A stretch of 15,688 nt of DNA from Octopus sinensis (lineage: Eukaryota). This document shows positions 8,807 to 15,688 of the stretch, piece after piece; the first letter of the stretch is position 1, and every line of letters begins with the position of its first letter. The notes beneath the pieces are model-generated. The model was not told the origin of the DNA. It did not search any database and was given only the letters and a program-made list of their open reading frames with translations. The position numbers and the translations under genes were made by a program. The stretch lies in contig NW_021825328.1 of NCBI RefSeq assembly GCF_006345805.1, positions 1-15,688 of the forward strand, given 5' to 3'.

Positions 8807-9056
8807 TATAAAAATTGTAATAACGAAGTCAAACCAAATAACGATATTTTGAAAGCATTTAAATACATGTTTCAGATCTTGCGTAATATATATATTTTAG
8901 GAAATACATCTTGCGCAAAACCTTAATGTATTAACTGACGAAGTTATTGCGTAGGGAGACGTATTTTTTATTATATATTAAGCAAGTTCTGAAACGTGCG
9001 TATTAAATACTTTCAAAATATCATTGTTCGGTCTAAATTCATTATTGCAGTTTATA
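8807..9056. mobile_element. 250-bp degenerate foldback element (inverted pLTR-like or MITE-like)
   Basis: 8807-8890 aligns by eye with the reverse complement of ~8973-9056 at about 80% identity. Pairing extends inward (8902-8918 vs 8947-8966), leaving a ~28-nt loop. Confidence 0.75.
8928..9010 (+). ncRNA. Type I hammerhead-like motif (canonical CUGACGA core)
   Basis: Stem I gta-ttaa (8928-8934) pairs with ttaa-a-tac (9003-9010). CTGACGA at 8935-8941. Stem II ag/ct plus ttgc/gcaa around a large loop. GAAA at 8991-8994. Stem III cg-tg-cg, with GUA cleavage after 9002. Stems are short and AU-rich. Confidence 0.5.
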
Positions 9057-9231
9057 GGACTTGATGCAAGTACGAAGTATCTTCTCCTGATTCAACTTAG
9101 GCGGATTTATTTGATAATGCTGGTACCAGAAATTACCAGATATGTGTGTATGTGTGTGTGCGTATGTGTGTGTGTGTGTATGTGTGTGTGTATGTGTGTG
9201 TGTGTGTGTTATACCTATATATATCACCACC

Positions 9232-9515
9232 ACTACCACCACCATCATCATCATCATCATCATCATCATCGTCATCATCATTGACATCATCATCGTTTAA
9301 CGTCCGCTTTCCATGCTGGCATGGGTTGGACAGTTTGGCTGGGGACTGGCAAACCAGATGGCTACACCAGGCTCCAATCTGATCTGGCAGAGTTTCTACA
9401 GCTGGATGCCCTTCCTAATGCCAACCACTCCGAGAGTGTAGTGAGTGCTTTTACGTGCCACCGGCACGGTGGCCAATCACGGGGTACTGGCATCGACCAC
9501 GCTCGAAAGGTACTT
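9232..9515 (-). mobile_element. 5'-truncated retroposon fragment with RTE-type 3' end and (GAT)n tail
   Basis: Minus strand contains gttggcattaggaagggcatcc (9404-9425), a motif I recognise from RTE-mobilised SINEs. It ends ...ccaacccatgccagcatggaaagcggacgttaaacgatgatgatg, running into the (GAT)n tail. The RTE assignment is from recall and unverified. Confidence 0.6.
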
Positions 9516-9739
9516 GAAAAAATTACAAAAATCAATTCCAGGTGAGAATGTGATCGATAAAGTGAATAAAATCGTTTTTCCTTGGAATAGAAAAAAAAAG
9601 TCTATCTTTATTTCTTCTTTTGCTGGTGTCTCAAATTTAGGTTAAATCAGTGTTTCTGAAAGGGGAGGCCACTGGGACGGTCGGATAAGTTGTTTTGAGA
9701 AAATATGGTTTATTTTTCCTTTTTTTCTTCTTCTATCGT

Positions 9740-10049
9740 TACCATTGCCATCGTCACCAGCATCATCATCACTATCGTCATCATCATCATCATCATCGAT
9801 ATCATCATCGTCGTCGTCGTCGTCGTCGTGATGTAATTAGTCGTTGTTGTGGATGTTGTTATGATGGGGATGAGGATGATTTCTGGTAGGTCATAGTAAT
9901 GTAGTAGTAGTAGTAGTAGTAGCAGTAGTAGAAGCAGTGGTAGCGGTAGCAGTAGCAGCAGCAGCGGTAGGTGTAGTAGTAGTAGTAGTAGTAGTATAGT
10001 AGTAGTAGTAGTAGTAGCAGTTAGTATAGTAGTAGTAGTAGCAGCAGCG

Positions 10050-10084
<35 letters not shown>

Positions 10085-10129
10085 TGCAGCAGCAGTGGTA
10101 GCAGTAGCAGCAGTAGCGGTAGGTTAGGT

Positions 10130-10185
<56 letters not shown>

Positions 10186-10390
10186 GGTGGTTGTTGTGGT
10201 GAAGTGGATGTTGATGTTAAGATGATAATATTTTTAATGTTTGTAAAAGATGCGAAGAAATCGATGGCGGCGATGGTGATGATGGTAGCGGTGGTGGTGG
10301 TGGTCGCGGCGGCAGTGGCGTTGGTGATGGCGCTATTGTTGGCGCTTCAGATTGATTGATAATGTTGTTGTTGTTGTTGTTGTTGTTCGA
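9740..10390. repeat. (CAT)n, (CGT)n, (TAG)n/(CAG), (GGT)n, (GTT)n compound trinucleotide microsatellites
   Basis: Directly visible tandem units. Confidence 0.93.
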
Positions 10391-10777
10391 GAGGATTTTT
10401 TAGTGTTTGTTTATTTTTTTTTCAGTTTTTAATTTTTTGTTTCTTAGTCGCCATCTTATGTGTTAACAATGTCGTCTCTTAAGTAGTGTTTTTAAGAGAG
10501 GAAGTAGAAAGTTAGGCGAGCGTGGATGTGGTGGGGTGGTTGGATGGTAGGGATGTAATGGCGATTTGATGTGTGTATATATGTGTGTGTATGTGTGTGT
10601 GTGTGCGTATGTAAATTTGTATCATATGTGTGTAGGATTATGCGCATTACGCGTTATGTGGCAGCATTCGTGTGTGTACGAAAGTGATTTTGCGTATTAA
10701 ACAATTTACCTTATGTGTGTGTCTGTATGTCTGTATATCTGTATGTATGTATGTATGTATGTATGTATGTATGTATG

Positions 10778-10822
<45 letters not shown>

Positions 10823-10829
10823 TATTATA

Positions 10830-11081
10830 TTTTTATTCTTTTACCGGTTTCAGTAATTTTTATTGCATGCAGCCATGCTGGAGCACTGCCTTTATTCGAA
10901 AAAAATCGATCACAGGACTTATTCTTTGCAAGCCTAGTACCTAGTACTTATTCTATCGGTCTGTTTTGTCGACCCGCAATGTTACGAAAACGTAAACGTA
11001 CCAGCAAGGTTTGTCAAGCGATGTTGGGTGGACAAACACAGACGCACAGACATACACACGCACACACACACACACACACAT

Positions 11082-11143
<62 letters not shown>

Positions 11144-11325
11144 ATGTATATATGTATATATACGATGGGCTTCTTTCAGTTTCCGTCTACTTAATCCACT
11201 CACAAGGCTCTGGTCGGCCTAAGGCTATAGTAGAAAACACTTGCACAAGGTGCCATGTAGTGGGACTGAACTCGGAATCATGTGGTATGGAAGCAAGTTT
11301 CTTACCACACGGCCACGCCTGTGCC
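10830..11325 (-). mobile_element. Full-length tRNA-derived SINE family B with internal microsatellite
   Basis: Minus-strand A box TGGCCGTGTGGTAAG (11301-11315) and B box GAGTTCAGTCCC (11262-11273). CORE/V-like ggcaccttgtgcaagtg segment. Internal (TA)/(TG) tract at ~11040-11162 and A-rich end aaaagaataaaa. Confidence 0.8.
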
Positions 11326-11329
11326 TCTC

Positions 11330-11505
11330 CCCCACACACACATACACATACACACATATATATATGTATATACAAGTATATAAATGTGTATATATGCATA
11401 TATATGCTTATATACAAGTAATGTGTGTGTATGTGTGTATGTGCGTGCACGTATATGAATGTATGTATGTATTCATATATATACATGTGTGTGTGTGTGT
11501 GTGTG
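11330..11505. repeat. (CA)n/(TA)n/(TG)n microsatellite
   Basis: Directly visible tandem units. Confidence 0.9.
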
Positions 11506-11659
11506 AACTGATGTCGTTCCGGTTTGTGTCTCACTGAACAGACCTATCAACTATCAATCAAAGACACTCCAGTGATGACCATCCCGTCTTTTTAGACAAA
11601 GCTGTATATATATTTTTTTCTTATATAAAACATAGGATGTGATTTACAGTAAGTACCGG

Positions 11660-11699
11660 TAAGCATTTTGTCCGATGCAGTAACGACTCTGCCAGCTCG
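11660..11699 (-). mobile_element. SINE family A head fragment
   Basis: taagcattttgtccgatgcagtaacgactctgccagctcg aligns with 12313-12352 (taagcatttcgtctggcgcgctaacgattctgccagctcg). Confidence 0.65.
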
Positions 11700-11729
11700 G
11701 CACTTTACTAGTAAGAAACATAACTTGGT

Positions 11730-11872
11730 TTCAAATTTTGACACAAGGCCAGCAATTTTGGGGGAGGGGTAAGTCAATAACGTCGACCTCAGTACTCAAC
11801 AGGTTCATATTTTATCGAAAGCGAAATTATGACAGTTAAAGTCAATCACAATAGGATTTGAACTCGCAACTT
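11730..11872 (-). mobile_element. Old, diverged SINE family A copy with type-1 tail
   Basis: cacaaggcc...attttgggggaggggtaagtc.a...tcgacc.cagtac.caac..gt...atttt atcga...gatttgaactc parallels 611-733. Confidence 0.65.
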
Positions 11873-12006
11873 AAAGTAATTTTTTTTTTATTGAACACAA
11901 CAAACTTATTGCATTAACGAAACGAATGAAAAAATCGCAGAAGTTTTACGAAATTTTTTTATGTATTGTTTCATCAAAACGACATGGTTTAATACAAAAA
12001 GGTATC

Positions 12007-12126
12007 AAGTCGATTACATCGAACCAGTGTATAACTGGTATTTATTTTATCCACCCCGAAAGGATGAAAGGCGAAGTCGACCTCGGGGGGAATTTGAACT
12101 CAGAACATAAAGACAGACTAAATACC
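12007..12126 (-). mobile_element. SINE family A, 5'-truncated monomer (downstream half of dimer 2)
   Basis: aagtcgattacatcga...ccccgaaaggatgaaaggcgaagtcgacctcgg.ggaatttgaactcagaacataaagacagac.aaatacc matches the family core. Confidence 0.85.
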
Positions 12127-12357
12127 TATTTCTTTACTACCCACAAGAGGCTAAACACAGAGAGGACAAACAAGGACAGACAGACGGGTTAAGTCGATTA
12201 CATCGACCCCAGTGCGTAACTGGTACTTATTTAATCGACCCCAAAAGGATGAAAGGCAAAGATGACCTCGGCGGAATTTGAACTCAGAACGTAGCGGCAG
12301 ACGAAATACTGCTAAGCATTTCGTCTGGCGCGCTAACGATTCTGCCAGCTCGCCGCC
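12127..12357 (-). mobile_element. SINE family A, full-length monomer with type-2 tail (upstream half of dimer 2)
   Basis: 5' end GGCGGCGAGCTGGCAGAATCGTTAG (A box 12333-12347) and B box GAGTTCAAATTCC (12273-12285). Body matches 761-989. Confidence 0.9.
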
Positions 12358-12359
12358 AT

Positions 12360-12735
12360 AGTAACAACAACAACAACAGCAACAACAAGAACCACAACAA
12401 CAACAACAACAACAACAAAAACAACAACAACAACAACAACAACAATAACAATAATAATAATAATATTGATAATAATGATAATAAATATATAAATGAAGCA
12501 AATCCCTCTTTTCAACAAAATCAAGTCGTGTTGGTCGTAGTGATGATGACGGTGATGGCGATGGCAGCGGTGGTGGAGGTGGTGGTGTTGGTTGATGGTA
12601 GCGGAAGTAGAGGTGGTTGGTGGTTCGTGATGGTGTTTGTGGCGGTAGTGGAGGTGATTTTGGTAGCGGTTGGTGGCGGTGGTCGTGGTCGGGTTTTTTC
12701 CTGGTGGTCGTGGTTCTGGTGGTAATGATGATGGT
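12360..12735. repeat. (CAA)n/(TAA)n then (GGT)n-rich microsatellites
   Basis: Directly visible tandem units. Confidence 0.9.
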
Positions 12736-12879
12736 GCTAAATACCATCTAGAAGAGATAAGCCCTGTTGATTTGGTAACAAGGAAGCTTCTGAATGGTTT
12801 TCGGAGTAAATTTGTCAAAGATTTACAGAAATAATCTGTTAAGAAGCTCATAAACTTGACAACATATGGACAGCAATGG

Positions 12880-12952
12880 TGTGTCTGTCTGTGTGTGTGT
12901 GTGCGTGCGTGTATGTGTGTGTGTATTGGTGTGCTTATAGATATATTGGTTT

Positions 12953-12983
<31 letters not shown>

Positions 12984-13378
12984 TTGTGTTTTGGTGAGGT
13001 TGTGTTTATATCAATATTGCTGTGTTTATATACGCTGGAGTGCTTACACACTCACACACACACATACACGCACATCCATAAGCATATATATATATTATAT
13101 ATATATATATATGCATATATACATATATTGATATATAATATATGTACTGATATATGTATATATATACACAGACACACACATATATGTGTGTGTATGTATA
13201 AATATATAAATATATATATATAAATATATTTACATGTATGTATATAAATATATAGATACATATATATATATGTATATATATATATACATACATATATACA
13301 TATATATATATTTATTTATTACATATATACATATATATATATATAATTATATTTATTTATATATATATATATTTACCA

Positions 13379-13410
<32 letters not shown>

Positions 13411-13447
13411 TTATCTACTTTGTATTGATGTTTCGTTAATAGGGCTT

Positions 13448-13480
<33 letters not shown>

Positions 13481-13500
13481 GTGGTGGTGGTGGTGGTGGA
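12880..13500. repeat. (TG)n, (CA)n, (TA)n, (GTT)n microsatellite block
   Basis: Directly visible tandem units. Confidence 0.9.
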
Positions 13501-13644
13501 CTTTGTGGTTGTGTTTTGGTGAGGTTTTCTTCTTCCTGTTGATTGCAACGAAGATATTTTTTAGAGAAGTCTCGACAGAATTCTCACCAAATGGCAATAA
13601 ATATGGTGGCTATGCATTAAGGGTGTTAATTTTCATATTCGGTA

Positions 13645-13660
13645 ATGATGATGACCGTGG

Positions 13661-13698
<38 letters not shown>

Positions 13699-14310
13699 GT
13701 GCTCTCTCTCTCTCTTCACAAATCTCTCTTCCTCTCTTTGTCACTCTCTCTCTCACTTCAATCTCTCCCATTTCAGTCTCCCTCTTTCTCTCCCTCTTTC
13801 AGCGCAGTATTTCTCTCTCTTTCTCTCTCTTTCCGTCCTCCTCTTCTCCCTCTCTCAAACCAACCAATGTCTCATTCTCTCTCTTCACTCTTCTCTTCAA
13901 CTTCTTTTTATCTCTCTGTCTCCATTCAATTTCTCTCACTCAAATCTCCCTCCCCTTCCGTCCTCTCTCTCTTTCTCTCCAATATATTTGCCTCTCTTTC
14001 TCTCTTCCTTACCCCCTCTCTCTCTCTCATTCTATTTCCTCTTTCTTTCTCCTTCTCTCTCTTCCTCTCCAGTCTGTCTTTCTTTCCTTTAACTCCCACC
14101 CTCTTTTCCCCAGTATCTATATGTCTCTCTCTTTCTCTCCACTTTACCTCTCTCTTTCTGTCCGTCGCCTCTCTCTCTCTCTCTTTCACTTTCTTTCTCT
14201 CCTTCTCACTGTCTTAACTCTCTCTTCGTCTTTCCTCTTGACTTCCAATACACCACTACTCTTCCTCTTCCCTCTTCCCACTTTCCTTCCTCCCCCTCCC
14301 TCTCTCCTTT
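13645..14310. repeat. (GAT)n followed by ~600-nt CT-rich polypyrimidine tract
   Basis: Directly visible. Confidence 0.9.
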
Positions 14311-14484
14311 CTAATATCGTTCGTCATCGATGTTTCAGACATTATGCTAATCGCTGGTAAAACCAATTTCCAGACATTCCTTCCATTCTTCACCGTTTTC
14401 CAATTTTTAGTTACAGGAAGGAACTCTTCTTTGCGACGGAGGTAATTTATTTACGTATTGACTGGGGCTTGACTGGAGAGCGAA

Positions 14485-15055
14485 TGTGGTGGTGGTGGTG
14501 GTGGTGGTGATGGTGGTGGTGGTGGTTGTGATGGTGGTGGTGGTGGTGGTGGTGGAGGTGGTGGTGGAGTGAGAGTGAGAGTTGAGTGAGGGAAGGATTG
14601 TAAGTGCGATAGAGTGGAGCCGGAGTTGAGTTGAGGTGGAAACAATCACAGGGTTGAAGGAAGAAAGAAAGAAAGAAAGAAATGGAGGGAGGGGAGGGAA
14701 ACAGAAAGGAAGAATCGAAGAGAGGGGAGAGAGAAAGAAAGAGACAGAAAGAAGTGAAGCAAGAAAGAAATGAAGAAAAGAAACAAGCAAAGAAATAAAA
14801 AAAGGAAAGGAAAGAAAGGAAGAAAGAAACAAGGATGGAGAAAGGAGGATGGGGAATAAAGAAGGTAGGGAAGAAGAAAGCAGAATGAATAAATAAATAA
14901 ATGAGAAAGAAAAGGAAGCAAGGAAGGAAAGAAAAGAAGAGCGAAAAGAAAGAAAGGCAGGAAGGAAAGGAAGAAAGGAAGGAAAGAAGAAAGGGAGAAA
15001 GGAAGAAAGGAAGGAAAGAAGAAAGTGAGAAAGGGAGAAAGGGAGAGAGCAAACG
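14485..15055. repeat. (GGT)n followed by ~400-nt GA-rich polypurine tract ((GAAA)n, (GGAA)n)
   Basis: Directly visible. Confidence 0.9.
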
Positions 15056-15129
15056 ATGTTAGAAAAGATTACGAGGAGATTCTAAATAATTGCAATCAGG
15101 AATTGTAAACGAAGTTAAAATTGGAATTA

Positions 15130-15163
15130 AGAACAACAACAAAAACAACAACAACAACAACAA

Positions 15164-15196
<33 letters not shown>

Positions 15197-15688
15197 AAAC
15201 AGTGACAACGATAACAGCAACGGCAACAATGAGAGTAGCCTTACGGTAATTAAAAGGACCACAAGCACGTTAACAACATGAATGAGAATAGTGAGGAATA
15301 AACACAACAACAACAATTATAAACAACAACAATAATAACAACAACAACAATAGCAATGAGAGCGATGCACTGCGACAGCAAGAGAAATTATTAAGCGACA
15401 ATAACAACATCAACAACAACGATTTTCAGTGGATAATTAAAAAATAAAGACCGAAAAGTTAAACAGGCCAACAACAACAACAACGACAGTGATGACGATT
15501 GAATAATAATAGCCATCATCATCATCATCTTCATCATCATCATCATCATCGTAGTCGTTGCAATCATTGTCGGCCATCGTCGTCGTCGTCGTCGTCGTCG
15601 TCATCATAGTTATCATCATCATCGTCATCATCACCATCATCACCGTCATCATCGTAATCGTCATTATCATCAACATCAGCTTCATCAT
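15130..15688. repeat. (CAA)n and (CAT)n/(CGT)n microsatellites
   Basis: Directly visible tandem units. Confidence 0.92.

Noticed and set aside
12745-12835. Short open frame HLEEISPVDLVTRKLLNGFRSKFVKDLQK*
   Set aside because: About 30 codons with no convincing splice signals or recognisable homology.
671-15688. All ORFs in the provided six-frame track
   Set aside because: Nearly all translate simple repeats (YI, MYVC, HT, poly-E/S/V/M) or SINE/retrozyme bodies, with no recognisable domain or coding-like composition.

Overview
AT-rich, microsatellite-saturated eukaryotic non-coding DNA (intronic or intergenic). The repeat density and the tRNA-derived SINE families resemble coleoid cephalopod (Octopus-like) DNA; this is pattern recognition, not a database result. 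No protein-coding gene is supported, and the ORF track almost entirely reflects translated simple repeats. The non-microsatellite islands are mostly mobile elements: several tRNA-derived SINE copies (two recurring head-to-tail dimers), an RTE-type tail fragment and an internally deleted mariner. The main hidden signal is four minimal type I hammerhead ribozyme (HHR) motifs in three small elements abutting TA/TATG microsatellites. One is a tandem HHR pair (1326-1620) predicting a 219-nt self-cleaved monomer like a non-LTR retrozyme. The other two are foldback elements (4173-4334, HHR on minus strand; 8807-9056, HHR on plus strand) in which the HHR is preceded by an antisense copy of its own 3' half, resembling the inverted pseudo-LTRs of Penelope-like elements. 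All folds were done by eye and none of the cleavage activity is verified.
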